A DNA stretch of 64,000 nt from a virus: the IMG/VR virus record IMGVR_UViG_3300023296_001674, one strand, 5' to 3'. Shown here in pieces: positions 41,626 through 52,437 of this stretch. Under the pieces are notes generated by a model. The model saw nothing but the letters and a program-made list of their open reading frames with translations. It ran no database searches and was not told where the DNA came from. Made by a program: the position numbers and the translations under genes. Numbering within the stretch: position 1 is the first letter of the stretch; each line of letters opens with the position of its first letter.

Positions 41626-41937
41626 ATGCTTTTATCTGAACTATTCGACGATGATAATGTCGAACCTAGCCAAAAATTAAACGAAGGTGCTAAAATAGCA
41701 TGGGCGCGGGTAGGTAATAAAGTTGTAAAAAAATACCGTTGTAGTAGTGGTCCAAGACTTGGTAGAATAGTCGCCAATCCAACACAATGTAATAAACCCG
41801 TCGATTTGAAAAAACGTATGAAATTCAAGCAAACTAAATTGGCTAAAGGTTCGAGAATGTCTCGAAAAGCAGGACGTACAAAACGTCGCAATCCTGCCAG
41901 TTTACGCATTCAGCGCATGAATAAAGGAATGAAATAA
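41626..41937 (+). CDS. Basic virion protein
   Basis: MLLSELF...LNE leader, then a very Lys/Arg-rich domain with RCSSGPR.GRIV. Confidence 0.65.
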   Translation: MLLSELFDDDNVEPSQKLNEGAKIAWARVGNKVVKKYRCSSGPRLGRIVANPTQCNKPVDLKKRMKFKQTKLAKGSRMSRKAGRTKRRNPASLRIQRMNKGMK

Positions 41938-42386
41938 TGAAAATAACCGAACTCATAAAAGAACGCGTAGACGTTAATAAAATAGATTGGGTTGACGATC
42001 CATCAATTGGTTGGATTTTAGAATCAAGCCCATGTAGAATTTATTATGGCGCACAACATGATGACCTTGTGAGTATCATGGAGAATGGTATATATGCATC
42101 CGATGATGGATATGTAAAATGTTCAATGGAGCCACGCACGGCGCATTTCCAAGCTACACCGTTAACTGAATCAATAGATAACGACAATCGCGTGGTATTG
42201 GTTATAGATATACCAGAAAGTTTTAGTGCTGCAAATCCGTTATATACAGATTTTGATAGAGAAAAGGATTTGTATGAAAGTTGGGGAAAATCAGATTCGG
42301 AATTTTATGCATTATATGATATAAGTGTCCCCAAGCATATACCAGTAGAATATATAAAAGGATATATGATTAAAAATGACAGCTAA
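41937..42386 (+). CDS. Degenerate ADP-ribosyltransferase-fold protein
   Basis: IYYGA...SIMENGI...VVLVIDIP...IPVEYI resembles the Tpt1/KptA-like ART layout; MKITELIKE leader. Confidence 0.4.
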   Translation: MKITELIKERVDVNKIDWVDDPSIGWILESSPCRIYYGAQHDDLVSIMENGIYASDDGYVKCSMEPRTAHFQATPLTESIDNDNRVVLVIDIPESFSAANPLYTDFDREKDLYESWGKSDSEFYALYDISVPKHIPVEYIKGYMIKNDS

Positions 42387-44292
42387 AATAATAAAATTAG
42401 ATCAGTATATATCTGAATATGTTAACATGCAGCAGCCTAACATAACTGCCGGTATGATGTCTGCATATGATATAACTGAAGAACAAGCAAATATCATACA
42501 AGAGAAACTATCAGAAAAACAATGGTTTGAATTAAGTGGAACATTTGCCAATGATAAGCTTAGTGTTATGGAAAAAACCAACAGTATAAGACAGATGGTT
42601 GATCCTATTTTATCAGTAGAAAGAAATCTTCAAATGGAAGATTTGTTCAATGGTATTAGTATTGCCGAAGATTATAACTATCGCCGTTCTATGACAAGTG
42701 AAATGGCTCGCGGTAGCGCAATGGATTGGCTCGAAGAAAATGGTATTGATTATCTTATAGATAATTCTGGAAATTTTGCTGTTAAATGTAATGATAGAAA
42801 GACACATTATCGTGTTAATAGACAGTTTGAGCATATTTTAGGTAAATGGGACGCACCAAAGGCGGGAACAAATGTTGATCCTGCTATTCGTCAGAAAGCA
42901 CTTACTGTTGACATGAAAGGCAATGTACTTCGTGACGCAATCAATGAAACAGGGCTTAATGAAGCCGCACAAGATGGTTCTATGCCATTAGATATGTCTG
43001 GCACCCCACCGATGTTTCCTGCTGTTGGTGATGGCGACATGACTGATGGAGCATCACCCACGTTTGAGAACACCGAGGATGGTGCGATTCAAATATTGGG
43101 TGATTATATGAATTTCAGTTCCGAAATATATGTAGAACGATTGGAAGAAGAAGCAAATGAATGGTTGGTGTGCGACGATGCTGTTGAAAAGTCGTTTGTT
43201 GTTGATACTGATAAAGGTTGCTTTGAAGAGATTCAATATATATGTGAACAGAATTTTAGTAGAGGTAATACCGGCAATACGCAAGGATTTGGAACTGCGG
43301 GTGATTCAGTTCATACAAAACGTGGTTATATGTTTGATCCTAGTGGTAGACCGGTTGACCCAGATGGTAATCCTGTCGATCCAGTGAGTAATGTATCTAA
43401 AGAAAAATCGGGGAAATTTACAGATATATCAACCGATGAATTTAATGCTGTAAAATCAGAAGAAGACAAAATTAATCTTATGGTTAAGCATGGAATTATT
43501 GATACGGAAAAAGTGCCAGAAAGATATTGGAGTAATTTCATAGCAACACATTATAATGAAACCGTTCCAAAAATATTGGCAATTCGTGCCAAAGGTGGCA
43601 ATGATGGTGTTAAAGAAGCAAATAATAAAACAAAACCAAAAGTGGCAAAAACTAGAAATCCATATGCACCACATTTAAAAAGAAAAGGTCATATGGTTGA
43701 GCCAGATGCTACGAATTATAAACGAAATCCAAAGCATAAACCCAATTATAAAGATGTGCACGAAGGTGTGATGGGTGCTGCTACTGGTATGACGGGAATG
43801 CAAACATTGGGTATGCACAAATTGCGTAAAATGTCAGGATTTCCTGATGCATCTATGACAGTTATTGAAATAGACCCATTTGAGCAACCCGTAAAAAACG
43901 AACCACTTGTTACTCATGGCAGCGAAATACATGACATGAACGACGCATTAGATCATCTTAATGAAGTGTTTAATATATATAAAACATTGAATGGTGAAGC
44001 CAAAACAGAACTTCGATTGAACCTTATCAATACAATAATGGACGACGGTTCAAAACTAAGTGAATCAGTTATCGGATTATTGTTGAACAATAAATCATCC
44101 GTGTTGTTAGAATACAATGATGATGGTGAAATGTTATCAGTTGAAGATAAAGAATATTTGAATATGGTATTATCTGATATAAAAGGTTCTATAATGGAAG
44201 ATATTTCAATAAGTGATAATGATGTAAGTGTGCCATTATCGAGAATAGCGTATTTGCTAGAAGCTTTACAACATCAAATGGAAATAGAATAA
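42376..44292 (+). CDS. Large acidic head protein, probably proteolytically processed
   Basis: 638 aa; INE/LNE/VKE/VHE/LSE sites separating modules. Confidence 0.6.
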   Translation: MTAKIIKLDQYISEYVNMQQPNITAGMMSAYDITEEQANIIQEKLSEKQWFELSGTFANDKLSVMEKTNSIRQMVDPILSVERNLQMEDLFNGISIAEDYNYRRSMTSEMARGSAMDWLEENGIDYLIDNSGNFAVKCNDRKTHYRVNRQFEHILGKWDAPKAGTNVDPAIRQKALTVDMKGNVLRDAINETGLNEAAQDGSMPLDMSGTPPMFPAVGDGDMTDGASPTFENTEDGAIQILGDYMNFSSEIYVERLEEEANEWLVCDDAVEKSFVVDTDKGCFEEIQYICEQNFSRGNTGNTQGFGTAGDSVHTKRGYMFDPSGRPVDPDGNPVDPVSNVSKEKSGKFTDISTDEFNAVKSEEDKINLMVKHGIIDTEKVPERYWSNFIATHYNETVPKILAIRAKGGNDGVKEANNKTKPKVAKTRNPYAPHLKRKGHMVEPDATNYKRNPKHKPNYKDVHEGVMGAATGMTGMQTLGMHKLRKMSGFPDASMTVIEIDPFEQPVKNEPLVTHGSEIHDMNDALDHLNEVFNIYKTLNGEAKTELRLNLINTIMDDGSKLSESVIGLLLNNKSSVLLEYNDDGEMLSVEDKEYLNMVLSDIKGSIMEDISISDNDVSVPLSRIAYLLEALQHQMEIE

Positions 44293-44510
44293 TGAAATTA
44301 TGGGAACTGGCGCATGGATTAATGATTTCTCTTACGAACGAAGAAGATGAATTATTGAATAAAATGATGGAAGATGATAAAGTAGTATTAAGTGAACGTG
44401 AAGAAGTTGTTGCGCAACACTTAACACAAAAAAGTGTATTCATACGTGAAGAAACTGATGAAAAATATATTTTCACAGTTAATTATCGTATAGACACGTG
44501 GCGCGATTAA
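44292..44510 (+). CDS. Small hypothetical protein
   Basis: TAATG coupling; ISLTNEE, LSEREE.VA..L..K. Confidence 0.65.
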   Translation: MKLWELAHGLMISLTNEEDELLNKMMEDDKVVLSEREEVVAQHLTQKSVFIREETDEKYIFTVNYRIDTWRD

Positions 44511-44542
44511 ATAGATCGATATAATATTAAAGGTATAATAGA

Positions 44543-45247
44543 ATGGTAAGTCGCGAAGAAGTTAGTGAAATGGAACGATTGAATAGGATCATGAAAGGTG
44601 AGCGCCCAGCGCCCACTGCTACTACTATGACAACAAGCGCTGGTGGCCCAAATCCTGATGCTATAATACTTCAAAAAGGCCCATCATCGGCTGATGTTTC
44701 GGATATGGCTAAAATAATGGAGAATTTCTCTGGTGCTACCGGTGTAACAAGTTTTAAAAGTTTACATGATAATGCAACAACGGCAGTTAATGAATTAGTT
44801 AATACTGCACATGTTGCTCCAGTATTGAACGAAGCCTTACGCACCACTCAAACAGATACTGGTGTTAAGATTGGCGTTTGGGAAATAACAAAACATCAAC
44901 GTGAAGGTATGGCGATTAAACCGGATATTATATATAAAGTTAATAATACCAATACTGGACAAAAAATAAAAGCATCATTTATGGTTTTGGAATCTGCTAG
45001 GTCTGTTGTTAAGTTGCTTAATAATGGTGCGGATTTTTCACATCCTGTTATTAAACAAATTGCACAATTTGAAATAGATTATCGTACAACTCGAACACGA
45101 GCATTAGAAGAGAAAGCGTGTTGGCAGCGTGCTAAGAAGAAAAATAGTGAATTTAAGATGAATTTATATGAAGCCAAATTTGATGCGGCTAAAAATAAAA
45201 CACTATTAATACGAGAACGTATCATTAACGTTTTTAATAAAATATAA
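44543..45247 (+). CDS. Hypothetical virion protein
   Basis: 234 aa; AAGG RBS. Confidence 0.65.
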   Translation: MVSREEVSEMERLNRIMKGERPAPTATTMTTSAGGPNPDAIILQKGPSSADVSDMAKIMENFSGATGVTSFKSLHDNATTAVNELVNTAHVAPVLNEALRTTQTDTGVKIGVWEITKHQREGMAIKPDIIYKVNNTNTGQKIKASFMVLESARSVVKLLNNGADFSHPVIKQIAQFEIDYRTTRTRALEEKACWQRAKKKNSEFKMNLYEAKFDAAKNKTLLIRERIINVFNKI

Positions 45248-45306
45248 ACATACTACATAATGAATATTACTGAATAATTACATAATAAAGCGTAAAGGAG
45301 TTTACT

Positions 45307-45801
45307 GTGCCGGATTCTATAACAAATAGCGACACCAAAAACGTAGAAATAATCGAAGACGACGTTGATGTTAGTCAACTTGAAACACTTGAGGAACAAA
45401 AATTATATTGCGGAAAAATGCTTGATGGTATATTATATGAAGAAAATAAATTAAATAATAGATTGATAACTGTTGGGTCAGTTAATAATACAGTTCAAGC
45501 GGATGATAGAATAGCATCTTCGTTTGGTGAATATTTGGGTTATAATTACGGAAGAATGGATGCTTCAAAAGGTGTTTTTTCAAGCGTGTTAATCAATCTT
45601 GGTAATTTCATCGAAGGTTCCTTGGATACAGTAGATCATGGTGCGAGAGGAATGTATATAAATTTATGGTATAATTTAGGATTATCCAGTTTGAATGATT
45701 TCGCTGAATGTTTAATAGAGTTAGAAAAAATAGAAACCGACGTGATTGAATTAGCGATGAAAGAAGGTAAAGATTTATTAACGTTAGAAGCAATACACTA
45801 A
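45307..45801 (+). CDS. Hypothetical protein
   Basis: GTG start with AAGGAG RBS. Confidence 0.65.
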   Translation: MPDSITNSDTKNVEIIEDDVDVSQLETLEEQKLYCGKMLDGILYEENKLNNRLITVGSVNNTVQADDRIASSFGEYLGYNYGRMDASKGVFSSVLINLGNFIEGSLDTVDHGARGMYINLWYNLGLSSLNDFAECLIELEKIETDVIELAMKEGKDLLTLEAIH

Positions 45802-45818
45802 TACAATGGAGATATACA

Positions 45819-46208
45819 ATGAGTAAAATAATAGAATCAGATTGTGGTAATGTTACAACTTTGGCTGGCGACGAAACACCAGATGAAGTGTATGTATCTG
45901 ACACTGCAAAAATAAAAGTTGCAGAAATATTGGCATCTGAAGAAGATGATGATTTGTTTTTGCGCATAGGTGTGTATGGCGGCGGTTGTTCAGGATTTCA
46001 ATATAAATTTGGGTTGCATAATGAAATAGATGATGACGATTTTGTTATTGAATGGGATGATGGAAAAGTAGTTGTCGATTCCATGAGTATATCATATATG
46101 AAAGGCGCAACTGTTGACTTTATTAAAGATTTAATGAGTGAACATTTTTCTATTGTTAACCCTGGTGTTTCATCAAGTTGTGGCTGCGGTGAAAGTTTTT
46201 CGGTGTAA
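45819..46208 (+). CDS. A-type Fe-S cluster carrier (IscA/ErpA/HesB family)
   Basis: LRIGVYGGGCSGFQY, VVDSMS..YM.GATVDF, NP....SCGCGESF. Confidence 0.93.
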   Translation: MSKIIESDCGNVTTLAGDETPDEVYVSDTAKIKVAEILASEEDDDLFLRIGVYGGGCSGFQYKFGLHNEIDDDDFVIEWDDGKVVVDSMSISYMKGATVDFIKDLMSEHFSIVNPGVSSSCGCGESFSV

Positions 46209-46280
46209 TGACGCTGTGCGTATAATTCATATAATTAATAAATAATAAGTAGTTATAGAAAATAAATGGATTGATATGTT

Positions 46281-47717
46281 ATGAATTTGGATGATTTAAA
46301 TAGCACCACTGATACAAATAGAAAACTCGCTAAATTAGCGGAAACGTTAAACAAAGATTTTAACGTTGATATTTCTATATATGAAACACTGGATGCTTCA
46401 GATTTGGTTAATTATTTAACTGATTTAAAACAGGCTAAATCTAAAATTATGCTTGAATCTTCATTCAATGATTATCATAGTAATCCAGCATATACACAAA
46501 ACATTATGCTATCAGAAGCATTACGAATGCTTTTAACTGAAATACACCCAAAACGTAAACAATCCTCTAATAAAATGGACGAAACTTTAGATTATAAAGT
46601 GTATCCAGCAACCGGTGTTATGGTTGATGTAGAAAATGCTGACACAATGGATGCTTGTGCGCAAAACACACAATCAGATGTCGGAACTAATGAACAACAA
46701 ACAGGGGTTTATGTCGCCGTAATGAATCCTGATCGATTTTTGGGCGACAAAGAAGTAAACATAATGTCGATTGAACCATTTGTTACATCACAGAACGAAG
46801 TAAGCCCGTTAAGCCGAAAAGTCTCTCGTATAATGGTGGATACCGACGAACAAATCAACGAGGATGCTGATGAAATGACAACAAAAACAGAAGATATAAT
46901 CAAAGGACTAGGTGGTCTTTTGGAAAGTTCACTGTTGAATGAAAATGAATTGCAGCGTGCTGAAATCGTTTTTGCAACAAATGACTTGGTTATGCGTTTA
47001 GGAAAAATGATTGAAGACCTTAGTAAAATGGGAACTGATGACATTATGCCATTGGTTGACGGTTTGCGTGAAAATTACGGCGGCGCGGTTGCTGTTAAAT
47101 TCAGCCAAGACGCTGAAGAAAAAATACACGATGCTACAAAAGGCGTCGACGCTATGAAAGACATGTTGGATAGATATAGAGAGAAATTCGAAGGGCGTAT
47201 ATCTGACGAAGATGCACAACAGCCTATCGATTTGGCTACTATGCAAGGTGGCGACGATGAGGCTATGATGGCACCAGAGTTGGGTGATTTAAGTGCTGAA
47301 CCAGATGACGATCTTAGTATGGATAATCCAGATGTCGGATTAGATATGGAAGACGGTGCAGATGAGCCATTGGGTCGAGCATTAAAAGAATCTAAAGTTG
47401 TTAACATTGCTGGTAAAAAAATTAAATTGACGTTAGAGCAAATTGAAGTGTTGCATAAAGCAAAGCAACTTACTGAAAAAATCAACGTATTAAACACTGC
47501 CGCAGTAATCGACATACCAAGCACCACTTATCTTAATTTGGGTGGTAAAAAAATACGTATTACTGAATCGCAATTGAAATCACTATTGTTCGCTAAATCA
47601 TTCAAGCAGCGTGTTGATGAGAAAAAAGCAAACAATGTTAAATTATCAGAAAAGCAAGCAAGGATGTTAGTTCAGGCTAAAATGTTAACACAAAAAATCG
47701 GCAAATTGGTAAAATAA
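46281..47717 (+). CDS. Acidic coiled-coil head/scaffold-like protein
   Basis: LLESSLLNENEL..AEIVFA..D; EPLGRALKES; repeated K.I.L/IT..Q...L..AK at the C-terminus. Confidence 0.6.
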   Translation: MNLDDLNSTTDTNRKLAKLAETLNKDFNVDISIYETLDASDLVNYLTDLKQAKSKIMLESSFNDYHSNPAYTQNIMLSEALRMLLTEIHPKRKQSSNKMDETLDYKVYPATGVMVDVENADTMDACAQNTQSDVGTNEQQTGVYVAVMNPDRFLGDKEVNIMSIEPFVTSQNEVSPLSRKVSRIMVDTDEQINEDADEMTTKTEDIIKGLGGLLESSLLNENELQRAEIVFATNDLVMRLGKMIEDLSKMGTDDIMPLVDGLRENYGGAVAVKFSQDAEEKIHDATKGVDAMKDMLDRYREKFEGRISDEDAQQPIDLATMQGGDDEAMMAPELGDLSAEPDDDLSMDNPDVGLDMEDGADEPLGRALKESKVVNIAGKKIKLTLEQIEVLHKAKQLTEKINVLNTAAVIDIPSTTYLNLGGKKIRITESQLKSLLFAKSFKQRVDEKKANNVKLSEKQARMLVQAKMLTQKIGKLVK

Positions 47718-47733
47718 CAAAGAGAACAATGGT

Positions 47734-48144
47734 ATGCTTATAAGTGAATTATTAGATAACAAAGTAACGAGTATTATAAGTGAATCTGATGATTTTGTTC
47801 TTAAAAGCGCATTGAATGCTATAATATTGGATGTAAGAGAACGATTACAGAATAACAGTGAGTATCCGGTTGATATATATGGCGTCATTAAAGCGCTTAA
47901 TGCAAGATCGGCATTTTTAGCTATCGATCCAAATGATAATGATCGCAGGGTTATTATTATGCAAGAATTTGAAGAACATGGTATGAGTGTAGAACAAGGG
48001 TCAGGAAAAATATCATTGGCGAGTGAAGAAGAACCTCAAACCGATGCACAAGAAACAGAACAAGAAAAGCAATCGCAAGAAGTTGGAAAAAAAGCGATGG
48101 ATAATATTAAAAAAGATAGCGAAAACGGCGCAGCCGAATTATAA
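47734..48144 (+). CDS. Hypothetical head protein
   Basis: MLISELL leader. Confidence 0.6.
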   Translation: MLISELLDNKVTSIISESDDFVLKSALNAIILDVRERLQNNSEYPVDIYGVIKALNARSAFLAIDPNDNDRRVIIMQEFEEHGMSVEQGSGKISLASEEEPQTDAQETEQEKQSQEVGKKAMDNIKKDSENGAAEL

Positions 48145-48159
48145 AGGAAAGGATTTAAC

Positions 48160-49341
48160 ATGAGTGAAGAACTTGATCGTATTAAAAAAATGGCTGGTCT
48201 TGAACCTGCTACTATAGCAGAAAAAGTTGAATTGAATGCGGCAGCGTCTGTTGAAGAAGTTCCGTTTAGCCATAAAGATCACGTGGAAAATGTGAAAAAA
48301 ACAAAACTTAAAGCATCTATAGAAGAACCCGGTGCGACTAATTTAAAAGGCGCAATTACCGCAGTTGCTACTGGTGATTTGACTCTTGATGATGGAAAAA
48401 TATCAGAAGCAAAATTTGGCATATTAAAAACATTGGACGAAAGTTCTGCTGAAAAGAAAGCTGGTCGTAAAGCGGCAGGTTCATATGGTAGACCTGGTTC
48501 TAAAGCGCAAAAACAGGCTGCTTCTAAATCCTCTAGAAAATCTGGAAAAAATGATATAAAAGATCAAAAAGTTGATGAAGATCGTGATTTTTCAAAACAT
48601 AGTGATAAGACATTGGCTAACATGATAAGCCAATTTAATAGAGATGGTACCGCAGTTCCACGTGACTTACAAAATGAATTCACAAAGCGCGAAAATAACG
48701 CAGTTCATGAAAGCATTATGTTTTCGAAAGGTTCGTTAGAGCGCGATATGGTTGAAATGATTTTTGATGAAATGAAACTTGGTAAAAATGCAACAGAAAT
48801 ATCTGAATCATTATCTTTTTCATTGAATGATGTAGAATCTGTATATAATCATATTAAAAAAAAAGTCAATGAAGGCTATACAGTTCTCCCACCAATAACC
48901 GATCAAGAAAAAGAACGTTATGTTAATAGAGAACATGAAGGTCTGGAGGGGCCATTTCGTTTGCGTTCTGGAAAGTTTGTTTATTATGATAAAAAAGCAG
49001 GCAAATATTATGATTCTGATACCGATTTGTATATTAGTGACGAAGATTATTTTGCACACGATAAGCCATCCGATTCTATAGCTGAATCCGAACCTAATGA
49101 TGATGCAGTTAAGTATGGCGTCGAATATGGACGTAAATATTTAGAATCAGAAGAAGCACTTGTGATTTTATCCGATTTAAGAAGTGGATTGCTTGATGCA
49201 AATGAAGCCGCAGGTGCAGAGCACGATTTGATGCAAAACCTTGAAGGAAATATCACAAACGGTCTCAGTGGTGCAGAAATGAATGCAACCGAAGGTGATG
49301 TAAAACAAGCAATGGATATAGTAATAGGCAAATATATATAA
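48160..49341 (+). CDS. Modular internal head protein
   Basis: EELDRIKKMAGL start; modules bounded by ISE/LDE/VDE/VHE/VNE/IAE; GLEGPF...YYD...YYD module. Confidence 0.6.
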   Translation: MSEELDRIKKMAGLEPATIAEKVELNAAASVEEVPFSHKDHVENVKKTKLKASIEEPGATNLKGAITAVATGDLTLDDGKISEAKFGILKTLDESSAEKKAGRKAAGSYGRPGSKAQKQAASKSSRKSGKNDIKDQKVDEDRDFSKHSDKTLANMISQFNRDGTAVPRDLQNEFTKRENNAVHESIMFSKGSLERDMVEMIFDEMKLGKNATEISESLSFSLNDVESVYNHIKKKVNEGYTVLPPITDQEKERYVNREHEGLEGPFRLRSGKFVYYDKKAGKYYDSDTDLYISDEDYFAHDKPSDSIAESEPNDDAVKYGVEYGRKYLESEEALVILSDLRSGLLDANEAAGAEHDLMQNLEGNITNGLSGAEMNATEGDVKQAMDIVIGKYI

Positions 49342-49350
49342 TTTTTATAT

Positions 49351-49380
49351 TTGACGTTTAAGTATAGAACCCTGTATAGT
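49351..49380 (+). promoter_or_regulatory. Sigma70-like promoter
   Basis: TTGACG-N18-TATAGT. Confidence 0.6.
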
Positions 49381-49413
49381 ATGTTTAAATAACTATATAG
49401 GGTTTTTTCATTT

Positions 49414-50118
49414 ATGGAAGCAAACATGGTAAACAGAGTAAACAAATACGACTACGCAGAATTTAACAATATAGACAATAAAGAAACCGGAAAACGTGTA
49501 TATGCGTGTCCAGATGGATCATTTCTTCCTTCGGTTACAACAATTCTATCTGCAACAAAAGATATGACATTTTTAGATCAATGGAGAGCACGCATCGGCG
49601 ATGCAGAGGCAGACCGTCAAGTTCATGAGGCGGTTACTATTGGTACATTAATGCATGAAAGTGTAGAACAGCACATATTAGGCGAAGAACGCAAAATAAA
49701 AGGCAATTTGGTGCACCGTAAAGCCCGTCAGTTAGCGGATAGAATCATTACGCGTGGACTATCCAGCGTTGATGAGGTATGGGGTGTAGAGATACCTCTA
49801 TACTTTCCTGGTGCATATGCAGGTAGAACCGATTTGATCGGACAGTTCGACGGTGTTCCATCTATTATGGATCACAAAAACTCCAAAAAAATAAAAAAAG
49901 AAGAATGGGTTGAAGATTATTATATACAAGGTTGTGCATATTGTTTAGCGCACAATGAGATATATGGTTCTAATATACGCCAAGTTGTGTTGTTTATGGC
50001 TTCACGTGAAGATGATGATTATAAGACATATATGCTCAATGGTGATAAATTTGACGATTTTACCGACAAATGGATTAGAAAACTTGAAGATTTTATGCTT
50101 AATCAAGATGGTGAATAA
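49414..50118 (+). CDS. PD-(D/E)XK exonuclease (Cas4/MGME1-like phage family)
   Basis: LPSVTTIL, GTLMH...E, YAGRTD, MDHKNS, Y..Q..AY. Confidence 0.88.
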   Translation: MEANMVNRVNKYDYAEFNNIDNKETGKRVYACPDGSFLPSVTTILSATKDMTFLDQWRARIGDAEADRQVHEAVTIGTLMHESVEQHILGEERKIKGNLVHRKARQLADRIITRGLSSVDEVWGVEIPLYFPGAYAGRTDLIGQFDGVPSIMDHKNSKKIKKEEWVEDYYIQGCAYCLAHNEIYGSNIRQVVLFMASREDDDYKTYMLNGDKFDDFTDKWIRKLEDFMLNQDGE

Positions 50119-50156
50119 AATAAATACAATAGAATATATATTAGAGGTATAATACG

Positions 50157-51902
50157 GTGACGATACAGCAAATTTCAAGAATACAGCACCGACGTGGGTT
50201 GCGTATAGATTTACCGGCTTCATTAAATGATGCTGAATTTGGTTGGGCAGATGATACGCGAGAACTTTTTATTGGTAACGGAACCGAATCATCAGTTCCT
50301 GGTAATACACAGATATTAACCGAAGAGACATCAGCCTCAGTATTACAATATTCATATATCAGTAATATTGGCGCTAATGCTATTACGGGTTTTGAGCGAG
50401 AGCCGCTTGATCCATATGTACCAAGTGCAAACTATCCAACAATTCGATCATATCAAGAAAAATTCGATGATTTCGTTAGTGTATTAGATTATGGCGCGAT
50501 TGGCGATGGCTCAGTTGATGATGCCGCTGCAATCCGTCGTGCAATGTTCGATCTTTATGATGAAACAGGATCGCCCGTTGCAGCACAAAGAAAATTTAGA
50601 TCATTATATTTTCCTGCTGGAACATATGCATTAGAGAAAGAAATATTATTATATCCTAATGCAGTCATGATAGGAGATGGTCCCGGTAGAACGATTTTTA
50701 AATTGACAAATGCTGGCGTTTTAGATGTTGGTGGTGATGGTGATTGTGTAGCAAGAACCGTTGATAGTAAAGGTCAAATTGGCGCAGCGATTGACGCCAG
50801 TGCTGTTTATGATCCCGGTAATATAAACGTAACCGGTATTACTTTTGAAAGCGAAACATCGAATATCGGTGGTTATTTATTGGGTGAAATAGATATAGTT
50901 AAATTAGAAGATGCGTTAAATGTTAATTTCGTTGATTGTGATTTTATAGGAACTTGGGTATTGGGTGCAACTTCATTATCTAGGGCTATTCATATAGATA
51001 AACCGGGTTCAACTGTTCCTGATATTGGTTCATATACTTTTGATAATTGTTTATTTTCAAAAAATGGCGTTGGGTTTGAACCAGTATTTGCTTCATCGAA
51101 TGTATATGTTGTAAACTCAAGATTTGATACATTAGAAAGTGGTTTCATTTTGGGCGATTCTAATACATTGGATATTAGTTTATATAGAGTATCGCATAGC
51201 ATTTTTGAAACCATTGAAGATATTGGTTTTGACGTACAGACGATGGGTGTAGGAAATATTTCAACATACAATCATTATCGTGGAAATGGCGGCTCTGATT
51301 ATAGTATTGCAGCGGTAAGATTTGCAGGATTGACCGATTTTACGGTACCAACGGATACTACATCTGGTGGTGTTAGTTTGGGTGATATATTTGATATCGT
51401 TACTGTATTTGATTGCGATGATAAATTGACAAATACTCGTGTTCAGAATAGATCATTGAATAACATTGTAATGAATAATCAAGATGCGTTTCAAATACCT
51501 ATCGGATTTTGTGGTAATATTACAATAGAAGGTGATGTTACTATTACTGGAACATTATTATCTGGTGGAACAGCTATAACTGGTTCTGGTGGAACACCAG
51601 TTATAATCATTCCGTATATTGCATCAACGGGTGAAGCTATATTTTTTGATTACGTTATGAGAGTGCCAACCGAAGAAGTTTTTCGTGTTGGAACATTGCG
51701 CGTTGTTCATGATGGTTTGGGATTAGTGTCTGGTATATCATATGATGAAACATATGCAGAGTTAAATGGACCACCTACGCAACCTATTGCATTAGAAGCC
51801 AAGTTTGCAGCACTTGATACAATTGAAGTTACAGTGATCGATCCACTTGGACAGGCATTATTGCCATCATTTAACTTCCTACCAAGATCGATTAGATTAT
51901 AA
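50157..51902 (+). CDS. Tail/baseplate protein with pectate-lyase-like beta-helix
   Basis: SRIQHRRG...EFGW..D..ELFIGN head domain; VSVLDYGAIGDG..DD..AI, LYFPAGTY. Confidence 0.8.
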   Translation: MTIQQISRIQHRRGLRIDLPASLNDAEFGWADDTRELFIGNGTESSVPGNTQILTEETSASVLQYSYISNIGANAITGFEREPLDPYVPSANYPTIRSYQEKFDDFVSVLDYGAIGDGSVDDAAAIRRAMFDLYDETGSPVAAQRKFRSLYFPAGTYALEKEILLYPNAVMIGDGPGRTIFKLTNAGVLDVGGDGDCVARTVDSKGQIGAAIDASAVYDPGNINVTGITFESETSNIGGYLLGEIDIVKLEDALNVNFVDCDFIGTWVLGATSLSRAIHIDKPGSTVPDIGSYTFDNCLFSKNGVGFEPVFASSNVYVVNSRFDTLESGFILGDSNTLDISLYRVSHSIFETIEDIGFDVQTMGVGNISTYNHYRGNGGSDYSIAAVRFAGLTDFTVPTDTTSGGVSLGDIFDIVTVFDCDDKLTNTRVQNRSLNNIVMNNQDAFQIPIGFCGNITIEGDVTITGTLLSGGTAITGSGGTPVIIIPYIASTGEAIFFDYVMRVPTEEVFRVGTLRVVHDGLGLVSGISYDETYAELNGPPTQPIALEAKFAALDTIEVTVIDPLGQALLPSFNFLPRSIRL

Positions 51903-51921
51903 ACCACATATTGGAAAAACA

Positions 51922-52383
51922 ATGCAACCATACTTGCTTTCACCAGAAGACAGGATAAGACATTGGAAAGAATATAGACTTTCCTTAGACGACACCATGA
52001 ACGACATGGAACAATTATTAAATACGATGCATTATTGGAATCAATATCCAATAATAAATCGATATATCGATCCCTATAGTCCTGAGACGTGGCCTACTTC
52101 ATGGGAGATGATTTACGCCAACGAATATTGCAAGTCTTCGTTGGCATTTTTAATGGAGCAAACATTGTTATTGGGATTTGATAATAGATGGACTGTGGAT
52201 AGATTAAAAATGTTTTATATCGACGACACTGCGTTAAGTGACGCATTTATCGTGTTAGTCATTGATAATAAACATGTATTAAATTATGATCAAGACCAAA
52301 TAATTAATTTGGATTCTATAGTAAAAACATGTATAATACGTCATGAATACTTACTTGAAGATAGTAAACATATTATAATCTAA
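51922..52383 (+). CDS. Hypothetical protein
   Basis: R...W..YR, TWPTSWEMI...YC; ATG at 51922 preferred as start. Confidence 0.6.
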   Translation: MQPYLLSPEDRIRHWKEYRLSLDDTMNDMEQLLNTMHYWNQYPIINRYIDPYSPETWPTSWEMIYANEYCKSSLAFLMEQTLLLGFDNRWTVDRLKMFYIDDTALSDAFIVLVIDNKHVLNYDQDQIINLDSIVKTCIIRHEYLLEDSKHIII

Positions 52384-52437
52384 GATCGTATAAATATAAA
52401 ACATAAACAATAAAATAGAAAAATAGGAAAATACAAT

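Noticed and set aside
49414-50118. Cas4 of a CRISPR system
   Set aside because: No Fe-S Cys cluster, cas neighbours or array; a common phage exonuclease family
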